Assembly (NCBI GenBank): GCA_025361335.1
Contig: JANYAK010000011.1
Location: forward strand, 2,751 to 66,750
DNA length: 64,000 nt
Source: Coriobacteriia bacterium
Lineage (GTDB): Bacteria; Actinomycetota; Coriobacteriia; Anaerosomatales; PALSA-660
Direction of reading: 5' to 3'
Shown here: positions 20,853 through 29,049 of the stretch, in pieces
Layout: every line of letters starts with the position of its first letter
How positions within the stretch are numbered: the first letter of the stretch is position 1
The notes under the pieces: generated by a model
The model's input: only the letters and a program-made list of their open reading frames with translations
Told to the model about the DNA's origin: nothing
Databases searched by the model: none
Program-made: the position numbers and the translations under genes

Positions 20853-20880
20853 CCCGCCCCGCCCCGCCCCGCCCCGCCCT
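20853..20880. repeat. Pentanucleotide tandem repeat (CCCCG)n, about 5 units
   Basis: cccg ccccg ccccg ccccg ccccg ccct, read directly. It is intergenic, between the crp/fnr stop and the cytochrome b5-like gene. Confidence 0.9.
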
Positions 20881-20971
20881 CGGCGGCGTTCCCTCGCGTT
20901 TCGTCCGGAGGCCCGTCAGGTATGTACTCAACAGCCGGCGCCGGGTCGACATCTGATACGCGGGAGGACAC

Positions 20972-21199
20972 ATGAAGGACTTCACAGCGGAGGAACTGGC
21001 CTCGTACGACGGACGCGAAGGTCGCCCCGTATACGTGGCCTACAGCGGTGTCGTGTACGACGTCTCAGGAAGCATGATGTGGAGCGGTGGGGACCACGAG
21101 GGCTCGCACCAGGCCGGACACGACCTCACCGCCGAGCACGAGGACGCACCGCACGATGTCCACATCGTGGACTTCCCCGAGGTGGGACGCCTCGTCTGA
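20972..21199 (+). CDS. Cytochrome b5-like heme/steroid-binding domain protein
   Basis: 75 aa with FTAEELASYDGREGRPVYVAYSGVVYDVSGS...W..G.H pattern. Confidence 0.7.
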   Translation: MKDFTAEELASYDGREGRPVYVAYSGVVYDVSGSMMWSGGDHEGSHQAGHDLTAEHEDAPHDVHIVDFPEVGRLV

Positions 21200-21223
21200 G
21201 GCGCACGGAAGGTTCGTCGCAGG

Positions 21224-22540
21224 TCAGCGGTCGCGGTCGAACACCGCGACCGCTTCCACGTGGAACGTCTGCGGGAACAGGTCCACGGGCGTGGCACGCA
21301 CGAAGGTATAGCCCAGGCTGCGGAGTCGGCCGGCGTCGCGCGCCAGGGTCGCCGGATCACATGACACATAGACGATCCGGCGCGGGCCGAGCGACGCGAG
21401 CAGGTTCGTGACATCCTCGGGCAATCCGCTCCGCGGTGGGTCGACGACGGCCAGGTCGAACGCCTCCTCGTCCTCGAGGACTCGTGCCGCGTCGCCGGGA
21501 GACACCTCGGCCTCCAGGCCCGCCAGGTCGAGGTTGCGTCGCAGATCCCTGACGGCCGCGCCGGCCGACTCTATGGCGACGACCTCGCCTGCAACATCGG
21601 CGATCGGCAAGGTAAAGGTGCCGACACCGGCGTACAGGTCGAGTACGCGGTCCGAGCCGTCCGCGGCCAGTTCGGACACGACCAGCGAGCTCAGGAGCTC
21701 CGTCACTGACGAGTTGATCTGGAAGAACGACGGCGCCGAGACACGGAACTCGAGCCCCGACAGGCGTTCGCGCCAGTAACCGTGCCCCGAGAGGACCTCG
21801 ACTTTGGCGACATCCCGCGACGTGCCGTCGCCCCGAGTCAGGACCCTCGTGAGCGAGTCGAACTTCACCGCACTGGAGAGAGTGCGCACACCCGTGCCGC
21901 GCGGGAATGGTCCCGGAGCGGCCCACAGGTCGACCTCGACTGAACCCGTGTTCTCGGCGCATCGGACCGCCACGCGTCGCAGCCCGAGCCCGTCTCCGCG
22001 CGAGAGATACCTGAGCGCCCCGCCGAGGGCCTTGGGGTACGCGCGGACCTTCTCCGGGAGCAGAAGGCACGCATCGATCGGGACTATGCGGTGAGAGCCC
22101 GCGGCCGCGAGGCCGAGGATGAGCCGTCCGCGCGCGTCGGTCGCGGCGGACAACTCGATCTTGTTTCGGTACCCATACGCCGCGCCGCCCGTGACCACGT
22201 CGGCCACGCATGGATCGGGTATGTCGGCGATCCGGCGCAGAGCCTCGGTGACGGCATCCCGCTTCGCGGTGACCTGTGCCTGATGCGACACGTGTTGCCA
22301 CTGGCAGCCCCCGCACTCAGCGAAGTACGGGCAGGGCGGCGTGCGGCGATCGGGAGACGGGTCGAGTATGTCGACCACTCGCGCCTGCAAGTACCGTCCG
22401 TGGTCCGCCGTGACCTGGGCGGTTACGAGGTCGCCCGGACAGCCGCCCGCGACGAAGACCGTCCGACCGTCGTCGGCGCGGGCGACGGCGTCTCCTCCGA
22501 AGGCGAGCGATGCGATCCTGAGCGATATGGGGTGATCCAC
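21224..22540 (-). CDS. rlmD: 23S rRNA (uracil-5-)-methyltransferase RlmD/RumA family (TRAM + [4Fe-4S] + SAM MTase)
   Basis: TRAM-like N-terminus, CPYFAECGGCQWQH cluster motif, LDLYAGVGTF SAM motif and VDPPRSG. The GTG at 22538-22540 has GGAG 6 nt upstream. The long N-terminal extension in the track was rejected. Confidence 0.85.
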   Translation of the reverse strand: MDHPISLRIASLAFGGDAVARADDGRTVFVAGGCPGDLVTAQVTADHGRYLQARVVDILDPSPDRRTPPCPYFAECGGCQWQHVSHQAQVTAKRDAVTEALRRIADIPDPCVADVVTGGAAYGYRNKIELSAATDARGRLILGLAAAGSHRIVPIDACLLLPEKVRAYPKALGGALRYLSRGDGLGLRRVAVRCAENTGSVEVDLWAAPGPFPRGTGVRTLSSAVKFDSLTRVLTRGDGTSRDVAKVEVLSGHGYWRERLSGLEFRVSAPSFFQINSSVTELLSSLVVSELAADGSDRVLDLYAGVGTFTLPIADVAGEVVAIESAGAAVRDLRRNLDLAGLEAEVSPGDAARVLEDEEAFDLAVVDPPRSGLPEDVTNLLASLGPRRIVYVSCDPATLARDAGRLRSLGYTFVRATPVDLFPQTFHVEAVAVFDRDR

Positions 22541-22790
22541 GCGTGTCTCCGGATGTCTCGGGCGCTGCGTATGTGGGCATGTGGGGCGTCGCGTGTGCGC
22601 AGCCGATGATAGGTCAAGCGGAGCCGGCGTGGGGAAGCGCCGCGCCTCGCGTCGCGCGGCGCTTTCGGCCGTTGAGGTCGCGGCCCGCATGCCGATGTAC
22701 AATCTGAAGGACTTCGCGTGCTCGGTGCGGGTCGCACGGACCGTTCGATCGCACTGGTCGACTGTGGATGCTCGGGAAGGGGCTCGCACT

Positions 22791-24392
22791 GTGCCGAAGG
22801 TACTGATCGTCGACGATGACACCACACTCATCGAGCGCATCACGGCCCGCTTCAATGCCGACCAGCCCGACTTGGAAGTGATCAGCGCGATATCGGGGCC
22901 ACGCTCGATCGGCATCGCATCCCAGCGCAAACCCGACGTCATCATCGTCGATGGGGACATGGTGGGTCTGGACGGCTACTCCATCTGCCAGCAGCTCAAG
23001 GCGGATCCCGGGCTCGCCGGCATACCGGTGATCATACTGGCCGATACTCCGTCCGAGTCCACCGCGCTCAAGGCGCGCCAGTCCGGAGCCGCGGCCCATC
23101 TTCCGGTATCGGCCGACCCCGGGGCGATCTTGGAAAAGATCCGCACTCTCCTCGGCATGGGGCCCGCGGCCTCCAGTGTGGCGCCCATTGGTGACGGCAC
23201 ACCCGTCGGCCCGTCCACGGCCGGCGAGCGCCCGGTGCCTGCCGGCTCCTACGGGGAACCCCGGCCGATGCCCGCGAGCGAAGGGGTCCGCGCCGCCGGC
23301 GACGTGCAGGTGAAGTCGGGCGACGCCCCACACATCGATGACCTGCTGCGGCTCATGATCGATCGTGGCGGCTCCGACCTGCACATCACTGTCGGGAGCC
23401 CTCCCGGCATCCGTCAGCGTGGAGACCTGCTTCCCGTGGAAGGCATCAGGCCGCTGTCGGCGCGGGACACGCAGGCGATGATCCTGTCGATGCTCTCGGA
23501 GGAACAGCGCAAGCGGTTCGAGGTCGAACTCGAGTTGGACTTCGCCTACAGCATCCCGGGGCTGTCGCGCTTCCGCGCCAACGTCATGCAGCAGCGCAAC
23601 TCGATGGGAGCCGTCTTCCGGGTCATCCCGCTCAAGATCCCCACGATGGAAGAGCTCAACTTGCCGAAGGTGTGCAAGTATCTGTCCGAGCGCCCCCGAG
23701 GACTGGTGCTGGTCACGGGTCCGACCGGATCGGGCAAGTCGACCACGCTCGCCGCGATGATCGATCACATCAACGAGACCCGCCCGGTCCACATCATCAC
23801 CCTCGAGGACCCGATCGAGTTCATGCACCGCAACAAGCGCGCGTACGTGAACCAGCGCGAGGTCGGCGAGGACACGCACTCCTTCGCGTCCGCGCTGCGA
23901 CGTGTGCTTCGCCAGGACCCCGACGTGATCATGGTCGGCGAGATGCGCGACCTCGAGACCATCGCCGCGGCCATCACCGCAGCCGAGACCGGCCACCTCG
24001 TCTTCGCGACCCTGCACACGACCGGCGGTCCGGAGACGATCGACCGCATCGTCGACGTCTTCCCACCGCACCAGCAGCAACAGGTCCGCATGCAGCTGTC
24101 CAGCACCCTCGAGGGTGTCCTGTCCCAGGTCCTGCTGCGCAGCACGGACGGGAGGGGTCGCATACTCGCCATGGAGATCATGCTCGGCATCCCGGCGATC
24201 TCGAACCTGATCCGCGAGGGCAAGACCCACCAGATGCCGACCATCATCCAAGGCGGCGCCCAGCTCGGCATGCAGACTCTGGACCAGCACCTCAAGACGC
24301 ACCTGCAGGCGGGGCGCATCACCTTCGAGGAGGCCATCGGCAAGGCGAAGGAGCCCCGCGAGCTTGCCGCCATGCTGGGGCGCAAACTCTAG
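22791..24392 (+). CDS. pilT: Response-regulator receiver domain fused to PilT-type twitching-motility/retraction ATPase
   Basis: N-terminus KVLIVDDDTTL...PDVIIVDGDMVGLDGY...PVIILAD is a REC domain. A Pro/Gly-rich linker follows, then a PilT core: SDLHITVGSPP, GPTGSGKSTT (Walker A), HIITLEDPIEF and DPDVIMVGEMRD. Start is uncertain (GTG 22791 or upstream ATG 22690). Confidence 0.8.
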   Translation: MPKVLIVDDDTTLIERITARFNADQPDLEVISAISGPRSIGIASQRKPDVIIVDGDMVGLDGYSICQQLKADPGLAGIPVIILADTPSESTALKARQSGAAAHLPVSADPGAILEKIRTLLGMGPAASSVAPIGDGTPVGPSTAGERPVPAGSYGEPRPMPASEGVRAAGDVQVKSGDAPHIDDLLRLMIDRGGSDLHITVGSPPGIRQRGDLLPVEGIRPLSARDTQAMILSMLSEEQRKRFEVELELDFAYSIPGLSRFRANVMQQRNSMGAVFRVIPLKIPTMEELNLPKVCKYLSERPRGLVLVTGPTGSGKSTTLAAMIDHINETRPVHIITLEDPIEFMHRNKRAYVNQREVGEDTHSFASALRRVLRQDPDVIMVGEMRDLETIAAAITAAETGHLVFATLHTTGGPETIDRIVDVFPPHQQQQVRMQLSSTLEGVLSQVLLRSTDGRGRILAMEIMLGIPAISNLIREGKTHQMPTIIQGGAQLGMQTLDQHLKTHLQAGRITFEEAIGKAKEPRELAAMLGRKL

Positions 24393-24466
24393 CGGCGAGG
24401 GCATACATGGCTCGCTTAAGGGCGCCCGGGGTCCCACGTGGACCGCGGGCGCCTCGACGGACGGGA

Positions 24467-24973
24467 ATGAACCATCACGAGACGGAGATTCAAAGCGAGG
24501 GCTTCGGGAGGCGTCACATGATCGACACCGTGCGCGTTCGTCATTGCAGGGGAAGGCAGTTCGTTGGATGGGACGAACGCGGGCACGGTGTGGTGATGGA
24601 TGCCGCGGCGGAGTTCAAAGGCGAGGGCACGGGGGCGCGCCCCATCGAGCTCGTCCTGTACGCGTTCGGCGGATGCACCGCGATGGACGTCGTGAGTGTT
24701 CTCGAGAAGAAACGCCTCGACGTCAGGGGTGTCGAGGTCGTTCTCAAAGGGACGCAGCGCGAGGACGAGCACCCGCACTACTACCGGACCATCGATGTCG
24801 AGTACGTGGTGACCGGCGTCGGTGTCCCGGACGCCGCGGTCGCCCGGGCTATCGAGTTGTCTGAGGACAAGTACTGCTCGGTGAAGGGCATGTTCGGCCC
24901 CCAGGTGGAGGTGACCACGTCGTTCCGGGTGATAGAGCCTGCGGACCCAGGTCCGTCCGCGGTCGAGGTGTAG
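24467..24973 (+). CDS. OsmC/Ohr family peroxiredoxin-like protein
   Basis: GTGARPIELVLYAFGGCTAMDV and SEDKYCSV carry the two family Cys residues. An alternative start is ATG 24518. Only the 3' end of track ORF 23672..24973 is considered real. Confidence 0.85.
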   Translation: MNHHETEIQSEGFGRRHMIDTVRVRHCRGRQFVGWDERGHGVVMDAAAEFKGEGTGARPIELVLYAFGGCTAMDVVSVLEKKRLDVRGVEVVLKGTQREDEHPHYYRTIDVEYVVTGVGVPDAAVARAIELSEDKYCSVKGMFGPQVEVTTSFRVIEPADPGPSAVEV

Positions 24974-24976
24974 CGG

Positions 24977-25717
24977 GTGTCGACTCCTTGCTCGGCGAGG
25001 ACATGTGTGGTGATGCCGGTGTACGACGAGGCTCCCACTGTGGGCGCCGTGCTGGACGCCGTGCGCAGGCAGTTCTCGGGGTGGGTCGTCGTGGTCGATG
25101 ACGGTTCGACCGACGGGACGTCGGCGATCGTGGGGGTCCGCCCCGACGTCCTGCTCATCCACCACCCACACAACCAGGGCTACGGGTCATCGTTGGTGGA
25201 CGGGTTCGCGGCCGCACTGACGCTGGGTGCGGACTCGATCATCACCATGGACTGCGACGGCCAGCACGAGCCGCGTCACATCTCGGAGTTCTGCGAAGCG
25301 CTCGCCTCGACCGGGGCCGACGTCGTGTCGGGCAGCCGCTACCTTCCCGGTTCCGGTGCGGTGGGTGAGGCGCCACGAGACCGCCAAGCCGTGAACCGGC
25401 GCGTGACGGACGTGGTCAACCGAGTGACCGGATGGGGCCTCACGGACGCCTTCTGCGGTTTCAAGGCGTACACCGCTGATGCTCTGCGCCGCGTGCGCGT
25501 CGAGGAGCCGGGCTATGCGATGCCGATCGAGTTCTGGGCGCGCGCGTGGCGCTCGGGGCTGGTCGTTCGCGAGATGCCCGTCGAGCGCATCTACAACGAG
25601 CACGACCGCTCGTTCGGCCAGGACCTCGACGATCCCGAGCGGCGGTTCGCCTACTACATGGATGTATGGGAGCGCGCCATCTCAGCGACGGTCCCCGTGG
25701 CGGAAGAGGCAGGCTGA
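24977..25717 (+). CDS. Family 2 glycosyltransferase (Dpm1/GtrB-like, soluble)
   Basis: VVMPVYDEAPTV, VVVVDDGSTDGT and ITMDCDGQHEP (DxD-type) motifs. It starts 3 nt after the OsmC stop. Confidence 0.85.
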   Translation: MSTPCSARTCVVMPVYDEAPTVGAVLDAVRRQFSGWVVVVDDGSTDGTSAIVGVRPDVLLIHHPHNQGYGSSLVDGFAAALTLGADSIITMDCDGQHEPRHISEFCEALASTGADVVSGSRYLPGSGAVGEAPRDRQAVNRRVTDVVNRVTGWGLTDAFCGFKAYTADALRRVRVEEPGYAMPIEFWARAWRSGLVVREMPVERIYNEHDRSFGQDLDDPERRFAYYMDVWERAISATVPVAEEAG

Positions 25718-25719
25718 AG

Positions 25720-26400
25720 ATGGCTGACGTGGTGTGTGTCGGGGCCCACCCCGACGATGTCGAGATAGGGATGGGCGCGACGGTCGCCCAGTTGGCAGGG
25801 AGGGGGGTCGACGTTCTGCTCCTGGACCTGACGGACGGGGAGCCCACGCCGCGAGGCACGCACGACACGCGCATGGTCGAGGCCGCCGCGTCGGCGGCCT
25901 CTCTCGGCGTGCGTCGCCGCACCCTCGACCTTCCCAATCGAGAACTGTTCGACACGGTCGAGGCGAGGACGATGGTGGCCGAAGTGTTTCGCGCCGAGAA
26001 GCCGCGCCTGGTGTTCGCGCCGTATCCCATAGACGCGCATCCCGACCACATCGCGGCTTCCGCGATAGTGGAGGCGGCCCGCTTCTACAGCAAGTTCGTC
26101 AAGACGGACATGTCGGGCGAACCGCACTATCCCGCGAGGGTGTACCACTACTGGGCGGTGCATCTGCGGATCCTGGAGCGGCCGTCGTTCATCGTGGACA
26201 TCGGAGCCACCATGGAGGCGAAGATGGCGGCGCTGGCCTGCTATGCGTCGCAGTTCGCGGCCAACGGCAGCAACGCGGGAGTGCTGTCGTGGGTGCGGAC
26301 CCAGGCCGCAGCGTGGGGGGCATTGGTCGGGGTAGAGGCCGGCGAGCCGTTCTACGCTCGGGAGCAGATAGGGATCCGCGACGTCAGGGACCTGATCTAG
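25720..26400 (+). CDS. PIG-L/LmbE family N-acetylglucosaminyl deacetylase, BshB1-like
   Basis: VVCVGAHPDDVEIGMGATV, DLTDGEPTPRGT and DAHPDH motifs, ending with FYAREQ. It starts 2 nt after the GT2 stop. Confidence 0.8.
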   Translation: MADVVCVGAHPDDVEIGMGATVAQLAGRGVDVLLLDLTDGEPTPRGTHDTRMVEAAASAASLGVRRRTLDLPNRELFDTVEARTMVAEVFRAEKPRLVFAPYPIDAHPDHIAASAIVEAARFYSKFVKTDMSGEPHYPARVYHYWAVHLRILERPSFIVDIGATMEAKMAALACYASQFAANGSNAGVLSWVRTQAAAWGALVGVEAGEPFYAREQIGIRDVRDLI

Positions 26401-27969
26401 ATGGCGCGGGCGAGGGCGACCACTCCCGCCGGGCATGGCGAGCTGCTCGCGCAACCCGAATACGGCACGTGGGCGGATCTCGCGCGGGCGAACGCCGCCG
26501 CCGCGGCTACGTGGGACTTCAGCCTGGCCGGCGTGCCCGTTCAGGCGCTGCGCGCGGCCGCGCGGCGAGAGGCGCTCGAGCGAGCCCAGACGTTCTCCGA
26601 GCGGATGGGCGTGTCCCTCGACCCCGTCGCCGACGACCCCGAGCTGCTCGTCGTCACGGGTCACCAGCCGGAGTTCTACCATCCCGGCATATGGGTCAAG
26701 GACTTCCTCCTTCAGCGACTCGCCGAGGAGACGGGCGCCGCCGCCATCGACCTCGTGGTCGACTCGGACGGGTTCGACACGCTGGAGGTCCACTCGCCGT
26801 GTCTTCACCCCGAGGTCCGGGTCTGCCGCTCCTACCTTGCTGTCGGCACGGCCGATGGCTGCTACGCGTGCGCGCCCGTCCCGTCGCTGCGCGACATCGA
26901 GGGGTTCTGCGCAGCGGGCGCTGAGCACCTATCGACTGTTCCGGCACCGGCGCTGGGTCACCACTTCGCCACCTTCTGCGAGAAGCTGATCGAAGCGGCT
27001 GGGCGGGCGGACAACGTCGCCGAGCTCGTCACCTTCGCCCGGCGCGCCTACGAGGCGTCCGCGGAGACCGGCTACCTCGAGCTGCCGGTCACGTCGCTCG
27101 CGAGGTCCCGGGCGTTCGCCACGCTGCTGGTGCACATGGCCTTGGACGTCCGCCGGTTCGCCGATGTGTACAACCGCGCGCTGGGCGACTACCGGGATCG
27201 CACCGGTGTGCGCACGGCGGCCCAGCCCTTCCCCGACCTGAAGTCGGACGGCGACTTGGTGGAGCTGCCGATGTGGGACTTGCGCAAAGGACGGCGCGCG
27301 GCGATGTGGGCGCGGACGGGCGCGCGTCCGGCGCTGCTGTCCGACGGCGAGGTGTTGTGCGAGCTGGGAGGACCGGGGGATCCGGTCGATGCCGTGCTGG
27401 CCAGCGCCGCGCGACCGGCGCCCAAAGCCCTCTCCCTCACGCTGTTCAGCCGCCTGCTGGTCGCCGACCTGTTCATCCACGGCGTCGGAGGCGGCCGGTA
27501 CGACCAAGTAACCGACGACGTCATAGAACGGTACTTCGGAATCGAGCCCCCCGCGTTCGTGGTCGCGTCGCTCACCATGTACCTGCCGCTCGGTGCGAGG
27601 ATGGTGCGTGACGAGGAGGTGGAGGCGCTCTCCATGGCGCTCAACCGACTGAAGCACAATCCCGACCAGATGCGTGCCGAGGTGGAGTTCGACAGCGCGG
27701 ACGAGCACGCGGCTGCGTCGCGGCTGGCCGCGGAGAAGACCGACCTTGTCGCGGCCATAGCCGCCACCGGTGCGGACAAGAAGGCCTTGGGTCTGCGCAT
27801 CCGCGCCGTGAACGAGGAACTGGCGGGGCTGTTCGAGCCGTATCGACGCCAGCTTGCCGCGGAGCTCGAGCAACTGATGGGCATGAAGGCGGTCAGCGAA
27901 GTGCTGACGGACCGCACCTACCCGTTCTGCTACTGGAGCCCGTCGGAGGTGGCGGACAAGGCGCGCTGA
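26401..27969 (+). CDS. Hypothetical protein, distantly BshC-like (putative cysteine-adding enzyme family)
   Basis: 522 aa, starting at the base after the deacetylase stop. VVTGHQPEFYHPGIWVK followed by DLVVDSDGFDTLEV resembles, from memory, the BshC GQQ...GP...K and EDHD signatures. The C-terminus looks like a coiled coil. Not verifiable without an HMM search. Confidence 0.4.
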   Translation: MARARATTPAGHGELLAQPEYGTWADLARANAAAAATWDFSLAGVPVQALRAAARREALERAQTFSERMGVSLDPVADDPELLVVTGHQPEFYHPGIWVKDFLLQRLAEETGAAAIDLVVDSDGFDTLEVHSPCLHPEVRVCRSYLAVGTADGCYACAPVPSLRDIEGFCAAGAEHLSTVPAPALGHHFATFCEKLIEAAGRADNVAELVTFARRAYEASAETGYLELPVTSLARSRAFATLLVHMALDVRRFADVYNRALGDYRDRTGVRTAAQPFPDLKSDGDLVELPMWDLRKGRRAAMWARTGARPALLSDGEVLCELGGPGDPVDAVLASAARPAPKALSLTLFSRLLVADLFIHGVGGGRYDQVTDDVIERYFGIEPPAFVVASLTMYLPLGARMVRDEEVEALSMALNRLKHNPDQMRAEVEFDSADEHAAASRLAAEKTDLVAAIAATGADKKALGLRIRAVNEELAGLFEPYRRQLAAELEQLMGMKAVSEVLTDRTYPFCYWSPSEVADKAR

Positions 27970-28064
27970 GGTGGACGCTCTCGCCATCACGCGTCGAGCG
28001 GTGCTAGAATCCACCACGCTCCTGCGACTGGAGCGTCCGCGCACCCGTGGAAAGGAACCCACAC

Positions 28065-28241
28065 ATGGGCAAGCCTGTCGTCGACAAGGATCTGTGCACC
28101 GCCTGCGGCATCTGCGTGGACGAGTGCCCCACCTGCGCCCTCGACCTGGGCGACACCGCCGTCCTGGCCCGTCCGGACGACTGCACCGAGTGCGGCACGT
28201 GCGAAGAGGTCTGTCCCAACGAGGCCATCACGCTCTCGTAG
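28065..28241 (+). CDS. 2x[4Fe-4S] ferredoxin
   Basis: 58 aa with CTACGICVDECP and CTECGTCEEVCP. GGAAAGGA lies upstream of ATG 28065. Confidence 0.85.
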   Translation: MGKPVVDKDLCTACGICVDECPTCALDLGDTAVLARPDDCTECGTCEEVCPNEAITLS

Positions 28242-28260
28242 GGTCCTCATAGTCGGACGA

Positions 28261-28300
28261 ACGAGAAGGCCGGCCCCCTCTACGGGACCGGCCTTCTCGT
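28261..28300. terminator. Bidirectional stem-loop terminator between convergent ferredoxin and plsY genes
   Basis: Perfect 13-bp stem, acgagaaggccgg / ccggccttctcgt, with a 14-nt loop. Confidence 0.65.
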
Positions 28301-28318
28301 TCACTCGGAACGCGACCG

Positions 28319-29023
28319 TCAGCCGCGTGGCCCCATCGAGTCGTGGATGTAGAATCGCGGCTCCTCGCCTTCCAGCATGCCCACGAAGCGCTTGTGGTGC
28401 GCCCAGTACACGATGATTCCCATGAGAAGCGCGAACGGCCAATCGGGGGAGCGCAGGACCAGAGCGCCGACCGGGAGCGAGGCGGCTGCCGCGACCTGGC
28501 CCGCCATCAAGTAGCGGGTGATCGCGACCGTGGCCAGACCGACGACGACGACAATCGCGAAGTAGCGCCAGTCGTAGGCCAGAAGGGCTCCCGCCCCCGT
28601 CGCGAGGCCCTTGCCCGTGCGGGTGAGGCGCCGATGGGCGATGGCCAGCCACTTCGAGTAGTTGTGGCCCAGCACCACGCCGAGCACGGCGAGCATCGGC
28701 ACGTAGAACCCGAGGTTCGCGTACCAGACGGAGTCGACGCTGAGCAGGGTGTCGGCCCATGGTCGCGCCACGAAGCCGAGGACCGCCCCCGGCCCGGCGA
28801 GCCAGACCTTGGCGGCGAGCGCGGGAACGAACCCCTTCAGCATGTCTGCGAGCATGGCGACGCCGAACCATGCCCATGAGCCGGTCGTCCGTTTGACGTT
28901 CATGGCTCCGACGTTGCCCGTCCCGTGCTGTGAGATGTCCTCTCCGGTGACCCACCACACGATGAGGAAGGCCCATGGTATCGAGCCGACCATGTACGAG
29001 ACGACGAAGGTCGCCAGGGCCAT
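28319..29023 (-). CDS. plsY: Glycerol-3-phosphate acyltransferase PlsY
   Basis: SYMVGSIPWAFLIV and HGTGNVGAMNV motifs in a multi-TM protein. Start trimmed to ATG 29021-29023, downstream of the upstream kinase gene's stop. Confidence 0.85.
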   Translation of the reverse strand: MALATFVVSYMVGSIPWAFLIVWWVTGEDISQHGTGNVGAMNVKRTTGSWAWFGVAMLADMLKGFVPALAAKVWLAGPGAVLGFVARPWADTLLSVDSVWYANLGFYVPMLAVLGVVLGHNYSKWLAIAHRRLTRTGKGLATGAGALLAYDWRYFAIVVVVGLATVAITRYLMAGQVAAAASLPVGALVLRSPDWPFALLMGIIVYWAHHKRFVGMLEGEEPRFYIHDSMGPRG

Positions 29024-29049
29024 CGTCGCCGCCACAGGAGAAGCGCCGT

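Noticed and set aside
22541-22960. The N-terminal 140 codons of the 578-aa reverse ORF (RlmD), which overlap the pilT upstream region.
   Set aside because: No Met or RBS supports it, and the composition is typical of an out-of-frame high-GC read-through. The TRAM domain begins just after the GTG at 22540, which has a GGAG RBS.
23672-24466. The upstream 265 codons of the 433-aa forward ORF that ends as OsmC.
   Set aside because: It is an alternative frame of the pilT coding region with Arg/Pro/His-rich nonsense composition. The OsmC domain starts at 24467 or 24518.
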